Made by a program: the position numbers and the translations under genes | Part shown: positions 1-10,384 of the stretch, in pieces | Numbering within the stretch: the stretch's first letter is position 1 | Layout of the letters: each line of letters opens with the position of its first letter | The notes under the pieces: model-generated | Seen by the model: the letters and a program-made list of their open reading frames with translations, nothing else | What the model was told of the DNA's origin: nothing | The model's database searches: none | NCBI GenBank assembly: GCA_963422735.1 | Contig: OY730476.1 | Coordinates: 4,704,001 to 4,768,000 of the forward strand | Reading direction: 5' to 3' | Length of the DNA: 64,000 nucleotides | Source: Candidatus Latescibacterota bacterium | GTDB lineage: Bacteria > Latescibacterota > UBA2968 > UBA8231

Positions 1-1467
1 AACGATATTCCCTTTTTCGGCTCGCGCGTGCGTCCCCAAGCCGAATTGCGCTTCAGCGCCGCGCATTCGGAGGGGCACGTACCCGGCCGCCATCTCAATG
101 CCTTGCTCAACGCCGAGGACGCCGCGGGCGTTGGAGTAGATGAAGCGGCCATTGAAAAACACGCGGCCGCTGCTTTCTATTCGTACAGCGGCCCCATCGC
201 CATGCCGCTCAACCGGACCGAGTTGGGCGGTCCGCTGGTCAATTTCATCCCGCACAATATCCGCGAGGGCTTCCACGCGCTCTATCCATTGGTGCAGTAC
301 CGCAACTCGGACCGGGCGCGGCAGTTGGCTGAGGCTAGTATCGAGGCGTTTCGCCGCTACTGGAGCGCGGACGAGGGCTGGGACCGACCGGCGTTGCAGG
401 GGCTGGGACTGGAGGCGTGGGAGAGTCTGTTCATATTAGGAGAAGCCCGGGCCTTGGGGCCTTTGGTCAAGTACTATCGGGCTACGGGCTATGGGCCGGC
501 GTTGGAACTGGCCCTGGAATTGGCCGCGAAGATCACGGGTGAATTCTTCACCGCGGATGGCGGCCACGACCGGGAACTACTCGGCGACCACACGCACTCG
601 ATCACCTGCGTCATGTCGTCGTTGGCGCAATTGGCCGATCTGACGGGCGACGCGGCCCTCCTGCTGCGCGTCAAAGTTTTTTACGATAACGGCCTGTGGG
701 TCATGCGCGACCCGTTGGGTTGGGTCGTCGAAAGCACCCGCCCCGATGCTCCGCCCGACCGCGGCGAAGTCAACAATACCGGCGACATCGTCGAGACCGC
801 CCTGATCTTGGGGCGCTGGGGCTGGAGCGAGTACTTCCAAGACGCCGAGCGCATTATACGCGGCCATCTGCTGCCCTCGCAACTGCGCGATATTTCCTTC
901 ATTGACGAACCGCCCAACCCCGAAGGCGTTGATGGCCTGCGCGATGTGGCCCAGCGGCACCGGGGAGCCTTCGGCTTTCCAGCTCCGTACGGCCACGAAC
1001 CGGTAGGAGCCGAGACCGTTGGCTTCAATATGGATATTGTCGGTGGGGCTGTGGCGTCTCTGTGCGAGGTGTACCGGGCGATGGTGTGCAGCGGCCCGGC
1101 CGGGCACCGGGTCAATTTGCTCTTTGACCACGAGATCGAGGCCGTGCGCGTCGAATCCCCCTATACCCACGATGTCCTGCGAGTCGAGGTTAAGCAGCCG
1201 GGGCCTTTGTGGGTGCGCCTGCCCGGCTGGGTAGTGCCGTCCGACCTAGTGGTAAAGGGGGCCGCGCCGCTGCGCATAGACAGCGGATTCCTCTTTTTTG
1301 CCCAACCGCCTCTGCACGCGCCGATTGAGATCCACTTTGGCCTAGCCGAAGAAGAGTTGGTCCTGCGGCATCGGACCCGTTCCATCCGCGCCCGACTGCA
1401 CGGCGACGAGGTGGTGGCAATGGATGACTTCGGTGCCGATCTGACCTTTTTCCCGCCGTTTGATTGA
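1..1467 (+). CDS. Putative (alpha/alpha)6-barrel glycoside hydrolase, GH127-like (5'-partial)
   Basis: Frame is open from base 1 (NDIPFFGSRV...). DHTHS, GEVNNTGD..ETALILG, YFQDAERIIRGHLLPSQ and the C-terminal beta-sandwich LWVRLPGW resemble GH127/DUF1680 proteins. Confidence 0.55.
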   Translation, partial: NDIPFFGSRVRPQAELRFSAAHSEGHVPGRHLNALLNAEDAAGVGVDEAAIEKHAAAAFYSYSGPIAMPLNRTELGGPLVNFIPHNIREGFHALYPLVQYRNSDRARQLAEASIEAFRRYWSADEGWDRPALQGLGLEAWESLFILGEARALGPLVKYYRATGYGPALELALELAAKITGEFFTADGGHDRELLGDHTHSITCVMSSLAQLADLTGDAALLLRVKVFYDNGLWVMRDPLGWVVESTRPDAPPDRGEVNNTGDIVETALILGRWGWSEYFQDAERIIRGHLLPSQLRDISFIDEPPNPEGVDGLRDVAQRHRGAFGFPAPYGHEPVGAETVGFNMDIVGGAVASLCEVYRAMVCSGPAGHRVNLLFDHEIEAVRVESPYTHDVLRVEVKQPGPLWVRLPGWVVPSDLVVKGAAPLRIDSGFLFFAQPPLHAPIEIHFGLAEEELVLRHRTRSIRARLHGDEVVAMDDFGADLTFFPPFD

Positions 1468-1601
1468 GGGCTTCCGCAAAGAGACTCCTCATGTTGGAAG
1501 TGGTAAAGACGCTTAGCAAACGCATCCGAGAGCACGGGTCGAAACTACAGCGTGAAACCCGCACGCGGCAAGGGCTCGGCCTTTCGCGTCGCACCGCTTT
1601 T

Positions 1602-2681
1602 TTACCTCGTAATCTCGCTGCCTCGGCGGTTGGCGATGGAGCGCGGCGTCAGGTCGAAAAGGGTCTCGTGCCCGTGGAAGAAGCGGTCGAACTCATCGAC
1701 CATCAGCGCAAAAAAGCGCGGGTAGCTCTGCTCGGTCACGCCGGCGATGTGGGGGGTGAGGAAGACGTTTTCGAGGTGGAGAATCTCCTTGTCGCCATAC
1801 GCGTTGTCCTCGCCCACATCCGGGTCGAACACATCTAGACCGGCGACGATATCGCCCCGCTTGAGCCGCCTTACTAGCGCATCCGAATCAACCACTTTGC
1901 CCCGCGACACATTGACAAACACCGCGCCTGACTGAATCAGGTCCAGCTCCCGTTGCCCAATCATGCGCTCGGTGCGCGGGGTGTGTGGAGCCAGGCAGAC
2001 GATGGCGTCGCACTGAGACAGTACGTTGTCCAATGAGGTTTTGATAAAGCCGACGGCGTCTGCCATCTCCCGCGCCAGATAGGGATCGCACACCCACACT
2101 TGAGTATGGAAGGGACGCAAAAACTGGATCAGCCGCCGGCCAATGTGCCCGCAGCCGATCAGGCCAACCCGCTTGCCGGTCAGATCGCCGTGAATAAAGC
2201 CAAAGTCGCTGTGTGGGCGAGGGCGCACGTCGCCGGCGATGAGGCGGCGGAATTGGGCACCGGCGTTGCGCAGGGCAATGATGATGAGCGCCAAAGCCCA
2301 CTCGGACACTGGATACGACGAGCCGTTGGTCGTATCGACCGTACAGACGCCCCGCGCCCAGGCGGCCTCGATGTCGATGCGGCTGGCAAAGCGGTCTCCC
2401 TCCAACTCGCCGATGATCTTCAGCTCGGGAGCTTGACCCAAGATCGCGGCATCGACCGTCGGGCAGCCGTGGCAGACCACTAGCCCGTCGCAACCACTCA
2501 GCCGCTCGCCCAGTGCCCGGGCGGTTTCGGGGTCTGCGTTGGTGTCGTAGATGCCGCCGCCCTCGCATTCAAACCAGTCCCAGTCGGCAAAGGCTTTGAG
2601 GCGTTCGAGATCGGGCGTGGCGAGGTACTGCTCGCGCACGTGCTTGTTGCAGGCAATAAGTATTTGGGGGCGTGAGTTCAT
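1602..2681 (-). CDS. D-isomer-specific 2-hydroxyacid dehydrogenase (NAD-binding)
   Basis: Rossmann GLIGCGHIG; FVNVSRGKVVD, AGLDVFDP and LTPHIAG motifs. Confidence 0.9.
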   Translation of the reverse strand: MNSRPQILIACNKHVREQYLATPDLERLKAFADWDWFECEGGGIYDTNADPETARALGERLSGCDGLVVCHGCPTVDAAILGQAPELKIIGELEGDRFASRIDIEAAWARGVCTVDTTNGSSYPVSEWALALIIIALRNAGAQFRRLIAGDVRPRPHSDFGFIHGDLTGKRVGLIGCGHIGRRLIQFLRPFHTQVWVCDPYLAREMADAVGFIKTSLDNVLSQCDAIVCLAPHTPRTERMIGQRELDLIQSGAVFVNVSRGKVVDSDALVRRLKRGDIVAGLDVFDPDVGEDNAYGDKEILHLENVFLTPHIAGVTEQSYPRFFALMVDEFDRFFHGHETLFDLTPRSIANRRGSEITR

Positions 2682-2759
2682 GTTGTAAGTCTCCGTCTGA
2701 TAAGTGGGTAATGCCCGAGACGACTCGCGAGGCCGATGGCAGGTGCATATTCAACGAAG

Positions 2760-2952
2760 TTAGCCGCTGATTTCCGGTATGGAGAGTGCTTTACAAATCT
2801 TCTTGGCGCGACGATTGGAAATCTCTACGCGAGGGGGCACTGCTTCAACAGCACCGGTAGCAGGATTAGCACCATAGCGAGTGCGCGGAACCCTCCCGTT
2901 TGAGATAGCAACCGTTACGTCTGAGATGCCGTAGAATAACCCCTCTCTTCAC
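2760..2952 (-). pseudogene. hicA: HicA toxin, frameshifted
   Basis: VKRGVILRHLRRNGCYLKREGSAHSLWC, then after a frameshift NPATGAVEAVPPRVEISNRRAKKICKALSIPEISG*. Confidence 0.75.
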
Positions 2953-3146
2953 TAGACAACCACAATATCTAAGACCTCGTAACACATCTTTTAGGCGATC
3001 CCGAAAGATGAGATCGATCGCGCTTGCCAGACTTTCTCGAGCCTCTTGCTTTGTGCGGCTTTGGCGTTGGCTCCCGGCACCTCTGGACAATATGCGATGT
3101 GCCATTCGCCGTCTCGTTCAAAAATTGCCGCGTAGGTATTGCTCAT
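2950..3146 (-). pseudogene. hicB: HicB antitoxin, frameshifted
   Basis: MSNTYAAIFERDGEWHIAYCPEVPGAN, then after a frameshift RTKQEARESLASAIDLIFRDR; directly upstream of hicA. Confidence 0.75.
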
Positions 3147-3425
3147 GGTTCAAACCTTTCGTGCCGACCTAGTCGCAGAAAGCATCATGAAGATACTAGG
3201 GGTTTCCGGCTATTAGTATTTGTCTATCAGAGTATAAGGCAGAGGAGGATTATACTCTGCCAGTGGGGAGAATTTGCAGGCTGTAGTATCTCCTGATCTC
3301 TCTATGCCTCTAACGCCTACATACAAGCCTGTAATAGAGCTTTGATCCACATAGGCTACCCGTCTCTAATGTTCGATCCATCTCTGCTTGTATCCGCTCT
3401 TCCACACTGAAGAACGAGGTCTTTA

Positions 3426-4013
3426 CTATGGCATTTTTCGGGCATCCAAAAACGAATAACTACTAGTGAGCGAATCGAGCGGTGACTGTTGCCTGCCTAT
3501 CCACTTGGCAACTAATTCGCGATCCCTGTTGGTGTCAGCCCGCTCCTCGCCAACCGCTGAACACACGGCCGTGCGCCTAGCCGGTGCGGCCTTGCTGCTC
3601 AGTGGCTTGGCCTTCAATTCGCTTCGCGCATTTTCTTTCGGACTAGCTGCCCTTTTAAGGCGGACGGCGGGCAGCCTTTTCAACCGCTGGTTGAGCGGAT
3701 CAACCTCAATGCCCACCGATTCGAGCGCCGTTAGGCCAAGTAGAGGCTCGGCGTCTGCGTCGCCGAAAATAATCGTGCCGCCGACCAATTCGCCCATAAA
3801 TTCGATTTGCCCGACCGCGATGTCGAGCTTGAGTTCGGCCCCATTGGCTAGCTCATACGTCCGCTGGCCTTGCGGCTTGAGGCCGATGGCTTCGAGGTGC
3901 GGCCTCGGGACGAGGCAATCGGTCGCGCCGGTATCCACCAGAAAAAGCCCTTCCCACGTGCGGTGCGGTGCAGCCGGGTTGCGAATGGTTACGGTGACGT
4001 GCGTTGCTCCCAT
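3426..4013 (-). CDS. Clan AA (retropepsin-like) aspartyl protease
   Basis: LVDTGATD catalytic motif, YELANG and PLLGLTALESVG; ATG at 4013. The C-terminal ~75 aa is probably a non-conserved extension. Confidence 0.85.
   Translation of the reverse strand: MGATHVTVTIRNPAAPHRTWEGLFLVDTGATDCLVPRPHLEAIGLKPQGQRTYELANGAELKLDIAVGQIEFMGELVGGTIIFGDADAEPLLGLTALESVGIEVDPLNQRLKRLPAVRLKRAASPKENARSELKAKPLSSKAAPARRTAVCSAVGEERADTNRDRELVAKWIGRQQSPLDSLTSSYSFLDARKMP
3551..3641 (+). repeat. Degenerate copy of the 5' end of the gene starting at 4173
   Basis: Encodes TAEHTAVRLAGAALLLSGLAFNSLRAFSFG versus LTERTATRLAGAALLLGGLAFNPLALAHFFFG at about 4182-4277. Confidence 0.8.
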
Positions 4014-4172
4014 GTCCTTTCCTTTCTTTGGATGTTTCCTGCTGCTCTCGTAGAACTTCCAAGACGACGACCTAAGCGTCAACAGCATCCTGTTGACATC
4101 GGCTCATTGAATTTGCAACTCCTTTGGGGTAGCAAGCATTTTAATATATGCGATATACGATGCTCGCTTGCC

Positions 4173-6911
4173 ATGAACCCACTGACTGAACGCACTGCCA
4201 CGCGCCTCGCTGGTGCGGCCCTGCTGCTCGGCGGTCTGGCCTTCAACCCGCTGGCCCTCGCGCATTTTTTTTTCGGGCATCCGCTTAGCACCGAGGGTAT
4301 CATCGCCCTCCAGGTCGCCTTGATCTTTGGCGGCGGTTGGCTCGTTTGGCGATGCCCCCGGTTGCCGCTGGTTCCCATTGTGATCGTCGCCCTCGCCTTG
4401 GGTGCGCTTGCCACCTTCGGGGTGTACGGCACGGCCCGCTCACTACAAAAGGTGCAGGAACGCAACCGGCTCCTCGCCGCTCTCGACCGCAGCGAACAGC
4501 TGCAGCAGCACCTGAGCGGCGAAGCCCTGCCGCTCCTCGCCGTGGGGATGTACCAAGGCCAACTGCCCGCCGCGCTGGCGCGTGCGCTTTTTGCCGCCTC
4601 GGTCGCTGTCGCGGACATAGAGCAGACCGCAAAGGCGACCGAGGTCGTGCCGGCGCTGGGGATCGAGCGCCATAGCTGGAGGATTGCACCCGCCGCGCAG
4701 TTCCACAGATCCGACCTCCAGCTATGGCACTCGCTCTTGGCGGCGCTGCATTCCTGTGACTATGCAGCCTTTCACATTGAGACCGGGCATTTCCTCGACG
4801 CGGAGGACTTCACCGCGCCCTTAGGCGCGACAACGCTCTACCAAACCCGCTTGCGCTTCGACGCCTCGGCGCAGACAAAAGACGGGCAGCGCGCGCAAAT
4901 TCGGGCTTGGCTGGTGCTCGACTGGCAGCAGCAGGAAGATACCACCTGGCGGATCCAACGTTGGGAGACCGAATCCCTAGAGATGTTCACGCGGTCGCAC
5001 ACGCTCTTTGCCGAAGTCCTCGACGAGGTGCTCCCGCGCGACGAGGATCGCGCCCAGGCCCGATTTTCGCGCCACGCCGAACTGGTGCGCCAGTCGTTTT
5101 TCGACTCCGCGTTTGTCGCGCCGCATCGCTTTTTCACCCGCCAAGCCTTTGACCGCCATCCCGGCATCAGCGTCGTGGATATCGACGCCGATGGGTACGA
5201 CGACCTGTACCTTGCCGTGCGCCGAGGTAAGAACATGCTGTTGCACAATGGCGGCGACGGCACGTTCACCGAGTGCGCAGCCCAATACGGCCTCGATGTG
5301 GAGGACCACACGGCAGCCGCGCTCTTTGCCGACTTTGACAACGACGGCGACCCGGATGTCTTTCTCGGTCGCACACTCGCGCCCAGCCTCTACTTGGTCA
5401 ACGAGGACGGGCACTTTGCCCCCCGCGACTTGGGCAATGGCGTCTTGCCGGCCCTTGTGGCCTCGATCTCAGCGGCCGATTACGACCGCGACGGCCTGCT
5501 CGATGTGTACTTCTCCACGTATGCCGCGCGGATGTTGCTCGAAGCGGTCACCACCGCGTCTCACGCAAACGCGCTGTTGGGCCTCCTGCCTGCGGACCAC
5601 GCCCGTGCGCTCTACGACCTGAGCCGCGACCGCATTGGCCACCTCATCCACGACGCACCCGGGCCGCCCAACGTCCTGCTGCGCAACCTCGGCAACGGTC
5701 GCTTCGCGCCCACCGCAGCCGTGTGGCGCAACACCTTACAGGCGACTTGGGCCGACTACGACCGCGACGGCGACCCGGATCTCTACCTCGCCAACGACTT
5801 TGCCGCTAACAACTTGCTCCGCAATGACGGCGGTGCCCTCGTCGATGTCACCGCCGCGAGCGGGGCCGCGGACCGAGGGTTTGGCATGGGCGCAAGCTGG
5901 GCCGATTACGACGGAGATGGCCGCCAAGATCTGTACGTGACCAATATGCACAGCAGTGCCGGTCGCCGGATCACGGCAGCCGCCGGACGGGCGGGCGCGG
6001 CGTTTGCCCCTTTGGCCCGGGGAAATTCCCTCCTAAGAAACGGCAGAGCGGGCTTCACCCGCATTGCGGATTCGCCTGTGGAAGACGGCGGCTGGGGCTG
6101 GGGCGGCCAATTTTTGGACTTTGACAACGACGGCGACCTCGACATCTACGCCCTGAGCGGCTACTACACCCCGCCGTCTGAAGTCGCTCTCCCCGAGGAT
6201 ACCTGAAGCCTGTTTTGGCGCACGGTCGTGCGCCATGGCCAGACGGATGGGGCGTACAACGTAGGAGCGCGGCTCAACGCTGGGGCCTCGCTCAGCGGAT
6301 ACCAGCGCAACCGCCTCTTCCTCAACCTAGCGGGCCGCGCCTTCCTCGATGTGTCGGGTCTGTCGGCGGCGGATTCGCCCGCGGACGGCCGCGCCTGCGC
6401 TACTTTGGACTTCGATCGCGATGGCCGCATCGATTTGGCTATCGTCAATGCCAACGAGCCGCTATGCGAGCTGTTTGCCAACCGCAGCGCGGCGGGGCAC
6501 ATCCTCGCGTTGCGGTTTGTGGGGGGTAACGATCGCGATGAAGTCTCGCGCAAATGGAGTGTGCGCGATGGCTATGGCGTACAAGTGGAAGTGGATGTCG
6601 GCGGGAGGACATTGCTGCGCGAGCACCGGGCTGGCGAGGGGTTCTCGGCCCAGAACAGCGCGACCCTGATCGTCGGCTTAGGTGCGCATGTACGAGCGGA
6701 TGCCGTGCGCGTGTACTGGCCTTCGGGGCGCATCCAGCGCGCAACCGACGTGGCGGCCGGTGCGCTGGTGACCGCGTACGAAAATCCCCGGCACTCGCCT
6801 ACGGGTGCGGCGTTTGTAACCGCGCCATACTACCCATCAGCAGCAGTGCCCCCAGATAGCAGCCGACCGCAGCCCACAGCGCAACGGCAAACCCCCAATG
6901 CAGGGCGATGA
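4173..6911 (+). CDS. Membrane-anchored FG-GAP/VCBS-repeat plus ASPIC/UnbV (CRTAC1-like) protein; candidate selenoprotein (in-frame TGA 6204-6206)
   Basis: N-terminal TM helices and many DxDxDGxxD repeats. ORFs 3870..6206 and 6228..6911 share a frame and are separated by one TGA (EDT*SLFWRTVV). ASPIC/UnbV motif GEGFSAQNS..LIVGLG...VRVYWPSG follows. Confidence 0.75.
6216..6235 (+). promoter_or_regulatory. Putative bacterial SECIS hairpin
   Basis: TGGCGCAC-GGTC-GTGCGCCA: perfect 8-bp stem starting 9 nt after the TGA; loop begins with G, 17 nt after the TGA. Confidence 0.65.
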
Positions 6912-9045
6912 AAACCGCCAAGGCCGCGCCAAAGACCGAGCCCACGCCGTTGACTGCAAATCCCCAGTCGATGCACTCGCCGACGTAGCGCGCAGCGCGT
7001 GGGAAAGGCATGCCCATCAAGAAGCCCGGCGGGGCGATCAACGCACAGCTTATGGCGACCCGCACACCCCAATTAAGCCCTCCACAGATTGCCACCACGT
7101 GCGGAAAGAGTACCAGATGCGCCGCTGTCCACGCGGCGACAAAGACAAACGGCAACCACGGCCCGCCGCGCTGCGAGTAGAAACTTCCCGCGCCCGAACT
7201 CAGCAAGAGCGCCAACAAAACGATTGGAAACGTATAGGCCGAATGGCCCAAGAGCAGGCTGTATTGCTGGATCCACACCACCTCAATCAGCATGTAGCCC
7301 GTGCCAATGGCGGCGAAGTACAGCCAAGCGGCCCCCGACAGCTTGGCTTGCCCCCGAAGTCGCGGCAAGAGCAAGAGGGGCACTCCCACTGCGACGACGA
7401 CCGCCAGCACGGCCACCACCAACAGCCGCGCCAGTGGAAATCCGGCAAACTCAAAGGCCAATGCCTGTTGCTGCCGCCCGCGATCCAAGCGGTCCCAGCG
7501 CCCCATCTGCGCCACAAAGGGCCGGTCATCGGTTGGCGGGCTGATGTCGATGGCTGCTGCCGACCAATGCGCTTCCCAGCCATCGGCAGCAATTCGGCTG
7601 ATTAGGTGCTCGGCTGCCGGAGCCGGATGGAGGGCATGGCTCGCCGGGTCGGCTGCGGCAAACAGGGCCGGCAAGGTCGTATCGACCAAGGTGCGCGCCA
7701 ACGGCTGTCGCCCCAAAACCAACACCTGCCGTTGCTGCGTGGGCAGGTCGTACACTGCCAAGTGCGCTTCCGCAGCCAACCCCAACCCCCGCAAGGCATC
7801 TATCGCGGCACTGGTCAGCCGCGGCACATATACCTGATGCTCGATCAACAGGACCCCATCCGCCGTCAGGGCTCGATAGAAATCTCTTAGGGCTTCCACC
7901 GTGAACAAAAAATTCTCAGCCAAGGCAAACGCCCCGGACGAGAGCGCGGCGAACGTATTGGAACTGCGCGAGATAATCAGGTCAAACGCGATCGGGTGCT
8001 GCCGGGCATAGACGCGGGCGTCCACGCTGTGGACCGCGACCCCGGTACTTTCGTACAGGTGACCGAAAAATGCGGCCTGCTCTCCGCGAGTGAGCATTTC
8101 GTTGAGGCCGGCGTTGACTTCGACCGCATCGACGCGCTGTGCGCCGCCCCATTTGGCTTGCATCACTTCGCTGCCGCCACCAGCTCCGACCACCATCACC
8201 CGCTCGGCTGCGAGTGCGCGAATCAGCGGCTGCAGGTTGAGCGCAAACTCGGGTGCGGCCGCGGGCGGCCTCTCGCGCCAGTCGCCGCGCACCCGATAGA
8301 GCAGCATATTGGCCGCGCCGTCGATGTCGATGCCGCGCACGGCCGCGCTGTGGGCATAGACCCGAATGCGGCCCATGGCGTCCCAGTGCTCGGCGATGAC
8401 GGGAGCCTTGGTCGGCGTCTTGGGCACGAACGCGGCCTCGGCTGCAAAGGCTGCGCCGACGAGTGCAGCGAGCAAGGCCAGCGACCCTGTGCGCTGGTAG
8501 CGGCTTGGCCCCCATCCGGCTAGGGCACCGGGAATGCAGCACAGCATGGCTGCGGCCGGCACCCCAAAAATGTTCATCGCGGCGATTGCGGCCACGCCAC
8601 CACCGGCCGCTCCCACGAGGTCGGCCGCGTAGAGCTGGGCGGCGTTTTGGCGGTGGCGGCGCAAGAGCGCGGCGCAGAAGGATCCGCCGGCCAGAAAGGG
8701 CAGCAACAGCAGCCCCACGCCCGCGGACAGCAAGGCGAGGTCGCTACTAGAGCGCCACAGCGCGGCGAATTCGATGGGCAGGCGCGTTACAGCGGCCGGC
8801 CCGAGCGCAGCCGTTCCACTGGCCAAGAGCGCAGCGGTGCCGATTCGCGGCGAGATGGCCCACGCCGGCCAAAAGCGCAGCGACAGGGCCCCGAGGCCGA
8901 GGCCTAGCACGGCGAGGGAAACTACGAGAAAGGCAAAGGAATAGAAGAATTCAGCGGAGAATATCCGCGTCCAGACAATCTCTAGAGCCACCAGCATGGC
9001 CGCGACCAAGCCGATGGCCACTTGGTCGCGGCGCAAGGGACTCAT
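6799..9045 (-). CDS. Membrane-bound spermidine-synthase-like / SAM-dependent transferase with N- and C-terminal TM domains
   Basis: TM blocks, LYAADLVGAAGG, VVGAGGGSEV, VDAVEVN, FDLII, PPTDDRPF, GMPFP. Confidence 0.8.
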   Translation of the reverse strand: MSPLRRDQVAIGLVAAMLVALEIVWTRIFSAEFFYSFAFLVVSLAVLGLGLGALSLRFWPAWAISPRIGTAALLASGTAALGPAAVTRLPIEFAALWRSSSDLALLSAGVGLLLLPFLAGGSFCAALLRRHRQNAAQLYAADLVGAAGGGVAAIAAMNIFGVPAAAMLCCIPGALAGWGPSRYQRTGSLALLAALVGAAFAAEAAFVPKTPTKAPVIAEHWDAMGRIRVYAHSAAVRGIDIDGAANMLLYRVRGDWRERPPAAAPEFALNLQPLIRALAAERVMVVGAGGGSEVMQAKWGGAQRVDAVEVNAGLNEMLTRGEQAAFFGHLYESTGVAVHSVDARVYARQHPIAFDLIISRSSNTFAALSSGAFALAENFLFTVEALRDFYRALTADGVLLIEHQVYVPRLTSAAIDALRGLGLAAEAHLAVYDLPTQQRQVLVLGRQPLARTLVDTTLPALFAAADPASHALHPAPAAEHLISRIAADGWEAHWSAAAIDISPPTDDRPFVAQMGRWDRLDRGRQQQALAFEFAGFPLARLLVVAVLAVVVAVGVPLLLLPRLRGQAKLSGAAWLYFAAIGTGYMLIEVVWIQQYSLLLGHSAYTFPIVLLALLLSSGAGSFYSQRGGPWLPFVFVAAWTAAHLVLFPHVVAICGGLNWGVRVAISCALIAPPGFLMGMPFPRAARYVGECIDWGFAVNGVGSVFGAALAVFIALHWGFAVALWAAVGCYLGALLLMGSMARLQTPHP

Positions 9046-9049
9046 GGTG

Positions 9050-9370
9050 CTAATCGAGGTGGAAGACCTCTTCTAGTTCGATGATCACATCTTTGGGGCC
9101 GCCCTCCGGCACTTCGACCAACCCCTCGTTGGCCTCGCCCCAACGCTGCGTGACCTCTTCTGCGAGGAAGCCGTCGAGGGCTGTGGCAAAATTCGCCTCG
9201 GTCTCAAAGTAGCCGAAGACGAGGCCATCGGCGTTCATAAAGAGCGAGTAGCGATGCCAGCCGTGGCGGGTGAGGGCCGCGCAGACTTCGGGCCATACTT
9301 GGCGGTGGGCTTGCTTGTACTCTTCGATCCGGTCCTTTTTAACCTGCATCTGAAAACCAACGCGTCGCAT
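9050..9370 (-). CDS. rhaM: L-rhamnose mutarotase family protein
   Basis: MRRVGFQMQVK...EEYKQAHRQVWPE...YSLF...LEEVFHLD. Confidence 0.85.
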   Translation of the reverse strand: MRRVGFQMQVKKDRIEEYKQAHRQVWPEVCAALTRHGWHRYSLFMNADGLVFGYFETEANFATALDGFLAEEVTQRWGEANEGLVEVPEGGPKDVIIELEEVFHLD

Positions 9371-9441
9371 TTGATTAAGCTCCTTGGAAATGACGCTGCT
9401 GTGTGATTCCATCGCCTATGGCCGGGAAACACAACAATAGA

Positions 9442-9474
9442 GTTGGTTCGGGATGGGCCGCAACCCGAACCAAC
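9442..9474. repeat. Perfect 11-bp inverted repeat (terminator- or REP-like hairpin)
   Basis: GTTGGTTCGGG-N11-CCCGAACCAAC just downstream of the 9487-10182 gene. Confidence 0.6.
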
Positions 9475-9486
9475 CCGCAATTATAT

Positions 9487-10182
9487 CTATCTGCCGCTAA
9501 GTCTGGTGCCCAAGCTGAGCGTAAGCGAGAATTCATTAAGATGGCCAGCAAAATCAGCAAAATCAGCAAACCATCGCCGATATCGCCCTTCCGCCTTCAC
9601 AACGAAAGCCGGTCCCACACGCCACTGGTAACCTAGGCCGGCTCCGGCGGCGAAAATGTGCTCGGAGCCGGCCTCCTTGTCCTCCTCGAAGCGGCCCTCC
9701 CCGTATAGACCCACTAGAGCACCGTTCCCCAGTAGGTAGGGACCGGACACCGCGTTGCTTTGCGGAGAGAATGCACCTCGGACTCCAAGATAAAGGGTAG
9801 AGAGATCAACTTCAGCGCGATCATAGTCATCAAAATGGTCATCATATTTGTCTTCGTATTCGTATTCGCCTTCGAGTGACATCCTCCAAAAACTGAATTC
9901 CGGACCAATGGCTAGCTGCTCACTCGGAAACCACGAAATGTAGAGCGAAGGGTACCAAGGGACCCCCACGCTACCACCCGGCACCCCAATCAAAGTCATC
10001 TTCCCAGTTATCTCCTCCCTATCGTAGGACGTCTCGACAGATGTCCCGTAAGAAAAACGGGAAAGCCCAAACAGCGTTCCGATCTCGACACCAGTCGCCG
10101 GGGCGTCCTCTCCTTGATGGGCGGAAATCGGCGTGGTTGCCACAAAAGCCGTCAAGTACGCAAGCAAAATAAACCGCAGCAT
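9487..10182 (-). CDS. Small outer-membrane beta-barrel protein
   Basis: Signal peptide MLRFILLAYLTAFVATTPISA; amphipathic strands (AGAGLGYQW, KAEGRYRRW, FSLTLSLGTRL). Confidence 0.7.
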   Translation of the reverse strand: MLRFILLAYLTAFVATTPISAHQGEDAPATGVEIGTLFGLSRFSYGTSVETSYDREEITGKMTLIGVPGGSVGVPWYPSLYISWFPSEQLAIGPEFSFWRMSLEGEYEYEDKYDDHFDDYDRAEVDLSTLYLGVRGAFSPQSNAVSGPYLLGNGALVGLYGEGRFEEDKEAGSEHIFAAGAGLGYQWRVGPAFVVKAEGRYRRWFADFADFAGHLNEFSLTLSLGTRLSGR

Positions 10183-10384
10183 ATCTTCCTCACTACTGAA
10201 TGAATGAAAAACTTTTGTTGCGGCGAAACGTTTCCGTCGCTGTCGGATTATAAATACGTGAGGAATGTCCATTGCGTTAAAAAAACTAATTTCGGCCGGG
10301 ACTTTGCCGAGTTGTCCCTGTGCTCTATAGTTAAAGCTAACCAATAAAGGTGAAGGCAATTCTCGCAGGGATAGAGGTAGCGTG

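Noticed and set aside
2866-3105. 79-aa ORF as a real gene
   Set aside because: It is a chimera of frameshifted hicB and hicA fragments
3150-3425. AT-rich stretch as a possible gene remnant
   Set aside because: No recognisable protein or repeat could be supported
3870-4172. N-terminal extension of the 778-aa ORF
   Set aside because: Overlaps the antisense protease gene and the AT-rich promoter gap; ATG 4173 precedes the TM segment and matches the duplicated start
6204-6206. Genome-wide UGA reassignment (code 4 or 25) as the explanation for the in-frame TGA
   Set aside because: The seven CTD paralogs end at the same residue with TGA (25382, 52025, 53849, 56282), TAA (23071, 27346) or TAG (59314), so TGA is a normal stop here
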